The notes beneath the pieces are model-generated. The model was not told the origin of the DNA and did no database searches. It worked only from the letters and a program-made list of their open reading frames with translations. From NCBI GenBank assembly GCA_038747355.1, contig JBCDJX010000005.1:5380-69379 (forward strand): a stretch of DNA of 64,000 bases, read 5' to 3'. The DNA comes from Pseudomonadota bacterium. Its GTDB lineage: Bacteria; Pseudomonadota; Gammaproteobacteria; Steroidobacterales; Woeseiaceae. The position numbers and the translations under genes were made by a program. Below are positions 1-8,658 of the stretch, piece after piece (positions within the stretch are counted from its first letter, which is position 1; the number at the start of each line of letters is the position of its first letter).

Positions 1-2
1 AG

Positions 3-1232
3 CTGATGGCCACCCTGGGTGAGGTGTACAACGAACTCGGTGAGTTCGAAGCGGCCGACGCGCTGCTCAGTGACGCGGTCAACGTGCATCGAGGCCTGGC
101 AGACAGCGAACCGCTTGCGCTTGCGCACTCGATCTTCGCGCACAGCAAATACTTCCAGGCGCAAGGCGAGCGACAAACCGCGATCGACATGCAGAACGAA
201 GCCATCGCCCTCATCAGCGTGTTGCCCTCACGCGATGCCGAGGAGTTAAACGCGTCACTGCTGAACGCCCAGGGGATCAATTACAGCACCCTGAACCAGT
301 GGGAGGAATCCGAAGGTAAATACCTCGAGGCGATTCGTGTGCATGAGGTGCTCTACGGCAAGGATCATCTGGAGACATCGGTACCGAGAGCAAACTACGG
401 CCTGATGCTGGCCAAGGTTGCACGATTCGATGAGGCCATCCCGCTGCTGGAGACGACCTACCAGGTCGCGATGGACGAGCTCGGTCCATACCACCCGTGG
501 ATTGCGCCGCGTGCGATCAATCTTGCCAGCGCGTACCGGCGTATCGGGCGCGACGAAGACGCTGAGCGCCTCTATCGCATTGCGCTGGACCAGGATCGAA
601 AGTTGTACGGTGAGAAACACCACAACGTGGCCTCCAGCCTGGTCAGCCTGGCTCGCTTCATTCGCGGCAAAGGCAGGCGCGACGAGAGCATCGAGATGGC
701 TGAGGAGGCCCTTGAGATTGAGAAGGCGAGCCTTGGTGAAGACCATGTCTACACGGCCGAGACCAGCACCGTGCTGGCCAACTGGTATATCACCGCACGC
801 AGACTGGAGGCGGCGGATGCGCTGCTGCAGGTCGCCGAACCGATCCTGGTCGAAAAACTCGGCGACCACCTGTTTACCGGTAACTTGGTCCTGGCCAAGT
901 CCCGGCTCGCGTACCATAGCGGCGATATTCAGGGCCACATCGCGCTGTCGCACCAGGCGATCGGCGTGTACGAACGTGCCTTCGATGGCAAATCCGAACG
1001 GCTGCTGCAGCCGTGGATCTGGATTGGTAACGCGTATAACGAATTGGGCGACACGACCCGGGCCGCGGATGCCTACGGCACCGGTATCGCGTCGGCCAGG
1101 CAGGTCAACCAGGAGGATGCCGGATTGTACGAACGACACGCTGAATTGCTGGAAGCCGACGGACGCCCGGATGAGGCGGCGACGGCGCGTGCGCGCGCCG
1201 CGGAATTACGCGGCGAGTCGTCGCCGGACTGA
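3..1232 (+). CDS. TPR-repeat protein (TPR_12 / kinesin-light-chain-like repeats). The 5' end is cut by the window edge; probably the C-terminal part of a larger, possibly kinase-type, protein
   Basis: The frame is open from base 3 with no upstream stop; TGA at 1230-1232. It contains repeated ~42-aa helical units, e.g. INLASAYRRIGRDEDAERLYRIALDQDRKLYGEKHHNVASSLVSLA and EMAEEALEIEKASLGEDHVYTAETSTVLANWY. Confidence 0.85.
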   Translation: MMATLGEVYNELGEFEAADALLSDAVNVHRGLADSEPLALAHSIFAHSKYFQAQGERQTAIDMQNEAIALISVLPSRDAEELNASLLNAQGINYSTLNQWEESEGKYLEAIRVHEVLYGKDHLETSVPRANYGLMLAKVARFDEAIPLLETTYQVAMDELGPYHPWIAPRAINLASAYRRIGRDEDAERLYRIALDQDRKLYGEKHHNVASSLVSLARFIRGKGRRDESIEMAEEALEIEKASLGEDHVYTAETSTVLANWYITARRLEAADALLQVAEPILVEKLGDHLFTGNLVLAKSRLAYHSGDIQGHIALSHQAIGVYERAFDGKSERLLQPWIWIGNAYNELGDTTRAADAYGTGIASARQVNQEDAGLYERHAELLEADGRPDEAATARARAAELRGESSPD

Positions 1233-1241
1233 GGGCGCTCG

Positions 1242-1796
1242 ATGGCAGGAGAGATCACCCGCCTGCTGGCGGCACACAGGGACGGCGACGGCGCCGCGCT
1301 GGACCAGTTGACCGAGTCGTTGTACCCGGAGCTCAAGCGACTGGCCGCGAGCCGCTCCCGCAACAGCGCTGAAATCGGTGCGACCACGCTGGTGGGCGAG
1401 ACCTTCATACGCCTGCTGTCGGGCGGCGCGCTGACGCCCGAGGATCGCGGCCAGTTTTTTGCACTCGCGGCTACGATCATGCGTCGTATCGTCGTCGATG
1501 AAATTCGCCACGTCCTGGCGAACAAGCGTGCGCATACCGACACGACCTTTACCGACTCTGTGCTTGGCGACGACGCGCACGAAAAGGCCGAGTTCCTGCT
1601 GCAGGTTGACCAGGTGCTGGGCCAGCTTGAGGCGGCCGACGAACGCCTCGCCCGCGTGTTCGAGTGCCGTTACTTTGCCGGGTTAACCACCGAAGAGACC
1701 GCGGAGGCGACCGGTGTCTCCTCGAGAACGGTCGAGCGACTCTGGTCCGAATCGCGCAAACGCGTCGCTTCGATGATCGACGAGAGCCAGTCGTAA
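1242..1796 (+). CDS. ECF-type RNA polymerase sigma factor (Sigma70_ECF / TIGR02999-like, the kinase/TPR-associated type with no adjacent anti-sigma)
   Basis: The ATG lies 10 nt after the TPR gene stop. The N-terminus GEITRLLAAHRDGDGAALDQLTESLYPELKRLAA and the region-4 HTH YFAGLTTEETAEATGVSSRTVERLWSESRKRV are typical of this ECF family. Confidence 0.85.
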   Translation: MAGEITRLLAAHRDGDGAALDQLTESLYPELKRLAASRSRNSAEIGATTLVGETFIRLLSGGALTPEDRGQFFALAATIMRRIVVDEIRHVLANKRAHTDTTFTDSVLGDDAHEKAEFLLQVDQVLGQLEAADERLARVFECRYFAGLTTEETAEATGVSSRTVERLWSESRKRVASMIDESQS

Positions 1797-1875
1797 CTGC
1801 GGGGTAGCGGCGCGCCCGCAATCGACGGAAGGCCCTCGTTGAGCTTTTGCTCGATCGACTCGCGACGTCGCTGGT

Positions 1876-3165
1876 TCAAAACACGTGCTCGATTGACACG
1901 GTGATCCGGTCACGCCCGTCGAACTGGCCAAACACACCCAGGCGAGTGCCGCTGAATCGATTGACGCTGGTTCGGATCGTCGTGCTGTCGCCCAGGCTGT
2001 AGCGCAGCGTCAAGGACGTCATGCGGTCACTGTCCTGCAACGACTGATAGGCCCGCGCTTCGAGCAAAAGCGTGTCGTAGCGGAAGCTCCTGCGCACAGC
2101 GACAGTGGCGAGTCGATCGCGGGCCGGCCGTACGAGGTTGGACGGCGCGTTGCTGATTCGGTCCTCGAGGTACTGCAGGTTGACGAACACCTGGCCGGGC
2201 GCATCGATATCCATACCGACGGCGAGCCTGCGCTGATCCCGTTGCACCGTTTGCAGGCCGCGCGCGTCACGCGTGTTGAAGTGCCGATTCGGTTGCAGGC
2301 TGGCTTCTACCCGCAGGGCGAGCGGTCCCAGCGCGGTTTCAAAGCTGGCGCCTGCAAGCGATCGGCGTTCGTAATAGCGCTCAACAACCGCGTCCGAACC
2401 CAGCTGGCGTAGTCGTCCAAGGGGTTCCGGATCCATGCCGGAATAGGCGAGCAAAGACAGGTCTCCCGCGCCGAGACTGCGTGACAGGCGGATGCCAAAG
2501 CCGGAGTCGGACAGGCCGTGTCCCGGCGAGTCGGTGATGATACGAGGCGACGGCTGCTCGGGGTCGGCGCCGAAGCGAAAGCGGGGTGCCCGGAGTTCGA
2601 ACCAGGCACCCGCGTCGGGGATCACATGGCCGCTGCCGTCGAGGTTGAGCAGCCATTCGCTTCGCCAGCGTCCAACCGTCAGGTCTGCATAGGCGCCCCA
2701 CAGTGCAATGCGTGACTGGTCGAAATCATCGAGGATGAACTCCCGGAACGACTGGGGATGGGTCACGTCGAGGACCTTGATGCCGTCGAGGCGACCCCAG
2801 TTCACCCGCTGTTTGCCAAGCCGCAACAGCAGCGTGTCGCTGCGGTAGGTCAGTGTGAGTTGGCTGAGATCGATGGCTCCCGAGTCGCCCAGCAGCAGGG
2901 GGCGACTGCCCTGCGCAAAGCTGTCCCGATTCATGTCACCGGGTTCCAGCTGGTTGTCCGGATCCAGCCAAAGCCGGGTGTCGACATTCAGCGTCCAGTA
3001 GTCGTTCAGCGGCAGGTCCGCACCCGGTTCCAGCATCAGCACCGTCTGCATGGTGTCGTCGGCATCGGTGCCGTAACCCCAACTGGCGGTCAGCGGTACA
3101 GTCCACGGTGTGGCGCCGGCAGCGCCGCAAGCAAACAACAAACCGATAAACAGCGTTGTGCGCAT
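1876..3165 (-). CDS. Outer-membrane beta-barrel protein of unknown specificity, last gene of the MMPL operon
   Basis: It has the signal peptide MRTTLFIGLLFACGAAGA and an alternating amphipathic strand pattern. The C-terminal ...ITVSIEHVF ends in an aromatic residue, as OM barrels do. Its ATG overlaps the MMPL gene stop by 1 nt (TAATG on the minus strand). Confidence 0.75.
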   Translation of the reverse strand: MRTTLFIGLLFACGAAGATPWTVPLTASWGYGTDADDTMQTVLMLEPGADLPLNDYWTLNVDTRLWLDPDNQLEPGDMNRDSFAQGSRPLLLGDSGAIDLSQLTLTYRSDTLLLRLGKQRVNWGRLDGIKVLDVTHPQSFREFILDDFDQSRIALWGAYADLTVGRWRSEWLLNLDGSGHVIPDAGAWFELRAPRFRFGADPEQPSPRIITDSPGHGLSDSGFGIRLSRSLGAGDLSLLAYSGMDPEPLGRLRQLGSDAVVERYYERRSLAGASFETALGPLALRVEASLQPNRHFNTRDARGLQTVQRDQRRLAVGMDIDAPGQVFVNLQYLEDRISNAPSNLVRPARDRLATVAVRRSFRYDTLLLEARAYQSLQDSDRMTSLTLRYSLGDSTTIRTSVNRFSGTRLGVFGQFDGRDRITVSIEHVF

Positions 3166-6100
3166 TACAATGCCTCCAGTTCGCGCGGTAGTTCGCGAGT
3201 CAGCAGTTTCTGGTCGAAAAGCGACGCCGACAAAGTCGTGCTGAAATCGATATCCCGGTAGCGAAAACGGGTTTCGTGGCCGGTCTGGTGATTGGTCGCA
3301 ATGATGTCGGTGGCGGTGAGGATGCCGTCGATCTCGGCGACGCCAGCCACCGTGATTTGCTTCAGCGGGCGCGACTTGAGGTCCGTAAAACGAATCTCGA
3401 CGGGCATCCAGGTGCCCGCGTCAACCAGGGCTTCGAACGTCGAGTAGCCCAGCTCTTTTGCCAGCGAGGCCTCGATCGGCGTACCGATGATGCGATAGCG
3501 GCCGTTGCACGGTTGCGGGGCTTCCGCGAAGGAAAAGCGGAAATCGTCAACATCAAATTTCAGATCTGACTTGACGTCTTCGTAGCTGAAGTCTGTACCG
3601 AGGAACTGCGCGCCGCGATCGGACGACGGAATGCGGCGCACCTTCTGTGTCGCCGGCAAATACAGCCAGCGCGCATCGCTGCGGGAGCGCTCGGCGTAGT
3701 CGTGGCTCAGGAAGCTCATATTCCTGACCGACTTCGGCGCGAGGTAGGTGATGCGGCTACGGCGCGCCTCCTCGTCTTCCACGCGCAGGACGAGCGCCGT
3801 GCGCTGGCGTTCGCGGCCCCGACGGTTGGTCAGCGTGATGTCGATAACGCGCCGCACGGAGTCGCCGTCGTTTCTGGCCTCTACCTGCCGGGCAACATCC
3901 CGCGCGGTCAGTTCCGCGTGCGACACCGACGGTTCGATGAACACACCGAGCAGCAGAAGCAGGGTTGCCGCAGCGGGTCGAACCGAGCTCTGTTGCAGAC
4001 GATCGCGCAGCGACATCAGGACCGGCACAAAAATGACCGCCGCCGCGTAGCTCGCCAGCGTGGCCACGGCGATCAGCCCGCCAAACCGCTGCAGCGTTGG
4101 CAGGTCGCTGAACAGCAACACCGAGAAACCAACACCGAGCGCTGCCGAGTTGAAGCCGCAGGCGCGGGCGGTGGCGGGCAACGCTCGTCGCGTGGCAACG
4201 AACGTGCTGCTGCCGTGTCGGCGCATCTCGGCCTGCAACTTTTCGACCAGGTGAATTGCGAAGTCGACGCCAACGCCGAGAGCAATGGCTGCAAACATCG
4301 ACGTTGCCGGTTCGAGGTAGATACCCAGTGCACCCATGACCGCGTACAGACACAGCACAGCAAAACTGACCGGCACGACCGAAATGATGCCCAGCCACAG
4401 TGATCGGAAGCACACAGCAGCAGCGACAAGCACAAGCAACAGCGAGAGTCCGACGCCGGCAAAATGAGATGACTTCAGGCTTTCCATCCAGTGATAACCC
4501 ACATTCACGTTGCCGCTCAGTGTCGCGGTGAGCTCGTCACCAAAGGCGCTGTCGACGTAAGCCTGCAGGGCATGCACCGTCTCCCGGCTGTCACTGAAGT
4601 AGGGTGTATCGAGTACGCCGCGAACGAGGGCGTGCTGGTAGTCGTAGTCAATCTCGTCTTCAAGGTCGGACGGATCGCCCGAGGCCTCATACACCAGCAG
4701 ATACTGGGCAATACCGCCGGGCTGTCCCGGCAGGTCGCGGCCGGCCGTTGCGGTGGAAGGATCGATGGCTTCGTGCAGGCGGTCCAGGTAGTCGACGATG
4801 GACACGGTTTTCTGCACGTGCGGCAGTTGGTCGAAGTGCGCCTGCAGCTCAGCGATGCGCTGCATCGCTTCGGGTTCCAACAGTCCCTCGGGATTGCTGG
4901 ATTCGATCATCACGTCGAGGAACGCCGATCCGGCAAATCGCTCGTTGATCAATCCGTCGGCGATGCGGATTGGCTCGTCGGCGGCGAAGTTCTCAACCTG
5001 TGAGCGATCGATGCGCAGTTCGGCGGCGAAATGCGCCGCAAAGCCCACGGCAATGGCCAGTGCAGCAATCACGGTGCCACGGTGCAGGATACCGGTCATG
5101 GCCAGGCGCGTGGTCCAGCCGTACGACAGGTGCTGGTGTCGCGCAAAGGCCGGGCTCGGCGACGGTTTCAGCAAGGCCAGCAGCGCAGGCAGCGTGGTCA
5201 TCGACAGCAGCCAGGCCAGCAAAACCCCGACGGCAGCAAATACGGCGAACCACGTGATTGGCGGCATGATCGACACGGAGGCGATGCCGGTAAATCCGGC
5301 GATCGTCGTGACCGTCGTCAAGGTTATCGGGCGTGCCATGTCGTGCATGGCGACGAGGATGGACTCGTCCACCGCCTTGCCGGCGGCACGGTGTCGATAG
5401 TAGGCGGAAAGAATGTGGATGGAGTCTGCCACGGCGATGGCGACGATGATGACCGGCAACGCGTTGGTGATCGCGTAGTACGGAATCTGCAGCCAGGACA
5501 TCAGGCCCAAAGACCCGGCCGCTGAGCCGGCCACGACCAGCAGGGGACCCGGCACCGAGGAGAGTCGTCGGAATGCCAGGAAAATAAAGCTCAGGACGAC
5601 CAGGAAGACGAGCGGCTGTAATTTTCTTGCGTCGGTGTCGATGTAGCGACTGAGGTAACCGCTAACCGCGGCAGGACCCGCCACATGAATGGCGATGTCG
5701 TCGTCCGAATAGGTGCTGGCGATGTCGCGGATGGCGAGATAGGTATCGTCGGCGCGCTGAATCTGGTCGATCTCCGCGAGGATAATCGCTGCCGACGCAT
5801 CGGCGCTGACCAGCGTGTCGATATGCGGCGGCATCGCCTGCCAGTTCTGTCGCGAGGCGTCAAAGTCGGAAGCGCCCGGCTCGTCGACGTCAAAGTAGGG
5901 TTCGACGTAGACGATGCCGGACGCCCCGAAAATTGCGGATTCGTTCACCAGGCTGGTCACGCCGTCTGTGCGAACGTTCGGCAGGCTGGCGATGCGCTCC
6001 GACAGTTCTGTCATGAGCGTGGCGATGTCGGGGTTGAACACCGACTCACCGTTGCGGCTTTCGATGGCGATGGCCACGGGGTCGTGCAGGTCGAAAATGG

Positions 6101-6287
6101 CCTCGACGCGTTCGTCGGCGACCAGCGCCGGGTGGCCGTTTGGCATGAAGGCCTCGATGGAGGTGTCTTTGACGAGGTGTCCCAGGCCGGCGCCGGCAAT
6201 GGCTATAAGCAGCAGAGAGAAAAACAGGACCTGCCAGGGCCGGGCGATAACGCCACGGAAAAAGCGATCAAGCAGCCGGTCGGTCAT
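3165..6287 (-). CDS. MMPL/RND-superfamily exporter (COG1033-like, 12 TM) fused to a C-terminal LolA-like 'outer membrane lipoprotein-sorting' domain
   Basis: 1040 aa. There are two TM bundles with large periplasmic loops, e.g. ITLTTVTTIAGFTGIAS and GVGVDFAIHLVEK. A hydrophobic segment follows (AAATLLLLLGVFIEPSVSHA). The last ~249 aa (about nt 3168-3914) carry RWLYLPATQKVRRIPSSDRGAQFLGTDFSYEDV, which I recognise as the LolA-like sorting-protein signature. The start overlaps the thioesterase stop (ATGA). Confidence 0.85.
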   Translation of the reverse strand: MTDRLLDRFFRGVIARPWQVLFFSLLLIAIAGAGLGHLVKDTSIEAFMPNGHPALVADERVEAIFDLHDPVAIAIESRNGESVFNPDIATLMTELSERIASLPNVRTDGVTSLVNESAIFGASGIVYVEPYFDVDEPGASDFDASRQNWQAMPPHIDTLVSADASAAIILAEIDQIQRADDTYLAIRDIASTYSDDDIAIHVAGPAAVSGYLSRYIDTDARKLQPLVFLVVLSFIFLAFRRLSSVPGPLLVVAGSAAGSLGLMSWLQIPYYAITNALPVIIVAIAVADSIHILSAYYRHRAAGKAVDESILVAMHDMARPITLTTVTTIAGFTGIASVSIMPPITWFAVFAAVGVLLAWLLSMTTLPALLALLKPSPSPAFARHQHLSYGWTTRLAMTGILHRGTVIAALAIAVGFAAHFAAELRIDRSQVENFAADEPIRIADGLINERFAGSAFLDVMIESSNPEGLLEPEAMQRIAELQAHFDQLPHVQKTVSIVDYLDRLHEAIDPSTATAGRDLPGQPGGIAQYLLVYEASGDPSDLEDEIDYDYQHALVRGVLDTPYFSDSRETVHALQAYVDSAFGDELTATLSGNVNVGYHWMESLKSSHFAGVGLSLLLVLVAAAVCFRSLWLGIISVVPVSFAVLCLYAVMGALGIYLEPATSMFAAIALGVGVDFAIHLVEKLQAEMRRHGSSTFVATRRALPATARACGFNSAALGVGFSVLLFSDLPTLQRFGGLIAVATLASYAAAVIFVPVLMSLRDRLQQSSVRPAAATLLLLLGVFIEPSVSHAELTARDVARQVEARNDGDSVRRVIDITLTNRRGRERQRTALVLRVEDEEARRSRITYLAPKSVRNMSFLSHDYAERSRSDARWLYLPATQKVRRIPSSDRGAQFLGTDFSYEDVKSDLKFDVDDFRFSFAEAPQPCNGRYRIIGTPIEASLAKELGYSTFEALVDAGTWMPVEIRFTDLKSRPLKQITVAGVAEIDGILTATDIIATNHQTGHETRFRYRDIDFSTTLSASLFDQKLLTRELPRELEAL

Positions 6288-6856
6288 AGCGACACCTCGT
6301 TGATCGAGTTAACCGCTGCGCCGGAGCGATGGCCGAAACGGTACATTTCGTTTTCCAGGCGCATCCAGTCATCGACGTAGTCGGGGATGGCCGGGGATGT
6401 CGCTCCGGGAAACGTCGCCTCGGAAACGGTCTTTGTGGACACCCAGATGCCGTCTTTTCGCAGAGCCGCACGGGTGATACCCACGGCGACGCACCGGTCG
6501 CGGTCGTCGATGAAGCTGTGCTCGAGGAAAAACCAGCGCTGGTCCCAGCCGATCAGCCGGGTATTGACCGTGTAACCCTGCAGGATGCGCAGTGAATGCC
6601 GAAAGCGGACGAAGCCACCACCAAGCAGGGGCGCCCAGCGATGTTTGCGGATGGCCATCGCAATGCCGGTTTGCGACATCCATTCGGTACGCGCAACGTC
6701 CATGATCTGCAGGTACCGGCCATTGTTCATATGGCCAAAGGCATCGAGATCGTGCGGCAGGACCCTGAAGCGGCTTTCGACCGAGTCCGAAAAGTGGCGT
6801 CGTTCTGCGAACAGGCTGCCCAGCAGTACGCGGATAAGCCGAAAATAGAGGTTCAT
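6284..6856 (-). CDS. Thioesterase-like (hot-dog fold, 4HBT_2-type) protein
   Basis: The motif RFRVLPHDLDAFGHMNNGRYLQIMDVARTEW is typical of hot-dog acyl-CoA/ACP thioesterases. The stop overlaps the MMPL start, making this the first gene of a three-gene operon. Confidence 0.8.
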   Translation of the reverse strand: MNLYFRLIRVLLGSLFAERRHFSDSVESRFRVLPHDLDAFGHMNNGRYLQIMDVARTEWMSQTGIAMAIRKHRWAPLLGGGFVRFRHSLRILQGYTVNTRLIGWDQRWFFLEHSFIDDRDRCVAVGITRAALRKDGIWVSTKTVSEATFPGATSPAIPDYVDDWMRLENEMYRFGHRSGAAVNSINEVSL

Positions 6857-6982
6857 GCACGGTTCTCCCTGACGTTAATGGCCCTTTTTCAGGGGCCTCA
6901 ACATCAAGATCGGGAGAACGTGCCAAAGTCCGCCAAAAAAAGTGGCGGACCGCGGTTTTTCAGGGGGTCAGCGTCCGCAGGT

Positions 6983-7516
6983 CTACGGAACGACGGTTTG
7001 CAGTGACTTGCGCAGCTCGGCAGACCAGTACGGCGCCAGCTGTTTTGACTTCTCGCTGTGGCTCAAGCCGTCAGGAAAGTTGCGCTTGGCGAGGTCGTAC
7101 AGGTTGAAGCGGATGTGCCGGTCCTGGTCGACGACCAGCACACCGGGGGTGCTCCAGATGTTGTTCAGTTTCGCCACGTTGTCGCCGTTACGCAGCAGCG
7201 TAAAGTCGTAGCCGTTTTTCGCCATGTAGGCCACGGCATCGCCGTTGTCGTCGCGAAAGTGCACGGCCAGCACCCGTACCCGATCACCGTATTCATCCTG
7301 GATTTTCTGCAGCTCTGGCATCAGCGCCTTGCAGTACGGACACCAGGTGGCCCAGAAGAAGACAATCACCGGTTGCTCGGCGGTGGCCTCGTACAGCGAG
7401 AGGACGTCGTTTTCCGTCGTAAATAATTGCCAGTCGGGCGCGGTGCGCGGCTCATCGGCCGCGGCCAGATTAAAGGCCAGCAGGCCAAGCAGCATCAGGG
7501 AAATCAGGCGTTTCAT
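6983..7516 (-). CDS. Periplasmic TlpA/ResA-like thiol:disulfide oxidoreductase (thioredoxin fold)
   Basis: I use the internal ATG at 7516, giving MKRLISLMLLGLLAFNLAAA as a signal peptide. The ORF-track start at 7636 would add 40 non-signal residues and run through the trxA terminator. The active site is WATWCPYCKALMPEL. Confidence 0.85.
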   Translation of the reverse strand: MKRLISLMLLGLLAFNLAAADEPRTAPDWQLFTTENDVLSLYEATAEQPVIVFFWATWCPYCKALMPELQKIQDEYGDRVRVLAVHFRDDNGDAVAYMAKNGYDFTLLRNGDNVAKLNNIWSTPGVLVVDQDRHIRFNLYDLAKRNFPDGLSHSEKSKQLAPYWSAELRKSLQTVVP

Positions 7517-7583
7517 GAAGCTAATGACCTCGTGGCTCGGGGATTTATTACGGACCCCAAAACGGATTTGCGATGCAAGGCTC

Positions 7584-7626
7584 AAAAAGACCGGGCCCGA
7601 CACAGGGAGAGCAAGCGGGCCCGGTC
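7584..7626 (-). terminator. Rho-independent terminator downstream of trxA
   Basis: On the minus strand, GACCGGGCCCG (7626-7616) pairs with CGGGCCCGGTC (7599-7589) around a 16-nt loop and is followed by TTTTT (7588-7584). Confidence 0.7.
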
Positions 7627-7632
7627 CGTGAG

Positions 7633-7968
7633 TCAACCGATATGCCGGTTGATCACGTCCTCGAGTTTCGACTTCGGTTGGGCACCGATCACGGTTTCCT
7701 TGACCTCGGCGTCCTTGACCAGCATCAGCGTGGGCAGGCTGCGGATACCGAAGGCCTGGGCGGCGCGGGGGTTTTCATCGACGTTAACCTTGGCGATTGT
7801 CACCTGGCCGTTCATTTCCCGGGCCAGCTCATCGAGCGTCGGTCCAAGGATGCGGCAGGGGCCGCACCATTCTGCCCAGAAATCCACCAGCACCGGGCGA
7901 TCGGATTCCAGCACAACGCGCTCAATGTCGGCGTCGGAGACGTTGATCGGTTTCAGTTGGGCGCTCAT
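7633..7968 (-). CDS. trxA: Thioredoxin
   Basis: Contains the WCGPC active site (FWAEWCGPCRILGPTLDELA), at about 111 aa from the ATG at 7968, which is preceded by GGAGG. The start overlaps the stop of the upstream AhpD-like gene (ATGA). Confidence 0.92.
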   Translation of the reverse strand: MSAQLKPINVSDADIERVVLESDRPVLVDFWAEWCGPCRILGPTLDELAREMNGQVTIAKVNVDENPRAAQAFGIRSLPTLMLVKDAEVKETVIGAQPKSKLEDVINRHIG

Positions 7969-8540
7969 GCGACCTCCTGACCGGCCGTGTCCGCCGGCGT
8001 CCACGCATTCTTTGAGAACGCCGCATCCACCGGTGTGTCGGCAACGTGGTTGACGTAGTTGCTAATGGTTTTCAGGCTGGCAGCGAGAATCACTTCCAGG
8101 ACGTTCGCCTGTGTGAAGCCTGCTGCGTAGAACTCGGCGACGTCGTCTTCACTGGCCCAGCCACGCTTTTCGGTGATCAGCGTAGCAAAGCGGCGTAGCG
8201 ACTCGAGGCGCTCGTCAGCGATGGGCTGATCGTTACGAATGGCGTCGACGACCTCGCGCGACACCTTCTGCATGTCAGCGATGGTGGTGTGAGCGGCGAG
8301 GCAGTAGTGGCACTCGTTGAATCGACTGACGGCGAGCAGCACAACCTGCTGTTCCGTGGCCGACAGCGATGACGTTTCCAGGATCTTGCCGAGTGTCAGG
8401 TAGCCCTGTAGCGTCGCCGGCGACTCCGCCATCGTGCCGAGCAGGTTTGGCGTGAAACCGTAGGCCTTGTTGACCCCGGCCAGCAGTTCATCAGAGCCAG
8501 CCGGCGCGTTGTCCTTGTTGTAGATAACAAAGTTGTTCAT
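7965..8540 (-). CDS. Carboxymuconolactone decarboxylase (CMD) / AhpD-like alkylhydroperoxidase family protein
   Basis: The motif FNECHYCLAAHTTIA (CxxC-like redox motif of the AhpD/CMD fold) is present. Length and helical character fit the family, and the gene is translationally coupled to trxA. Confidence 0.8.
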   Translation of the reverse strand: MNNFVIYNKDNAPAGSDELLAGVNKAYGFTPNLLGTMAESPATLQGYLTLGKILETSSLSATEQQVVLLAVSRFNECHYCLAAHTTIADMQKVSREVVDAIRNDQPIADERLESLRRFATLITEKRGWASEDDVAEFYAAGFTQANVLEVILAASLKTISNYVNHVADTPVDAAFSKNAWTPADTAGQEVA

Positions 8541-8658
8541 GGAATTCTCCCAAGCGATGTGGATGCGGCGCTGCCGCGAAACGTTGGGAGAATTCTGGGA
8601 CCGATCGACGATACAAACTATGGCCGACCGGTCCCGATTTTAGTATCAATCGTCCAGA

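Noticed and set aside
255-1139. 294-aa minus-strand ORF and a 297-aa +2-frame ORF overlapping the TPR gene
   Set aside because: Only the frame starting at base 3 shows the periodic TPR_12 repeat pattern. The others are compositional shadows.
6928-6950. Hairpin GTCCGCC-A7GT-GGCGGAC as a terminator of the TlpA-like gene
   Set aside because: The A/T run is in the loop, and only TTT follows on the minus strand. On the plus strand the T-run would terminate nothing. It is possibly a weak or bidirectional terminator, but it is not supported well enough to list.
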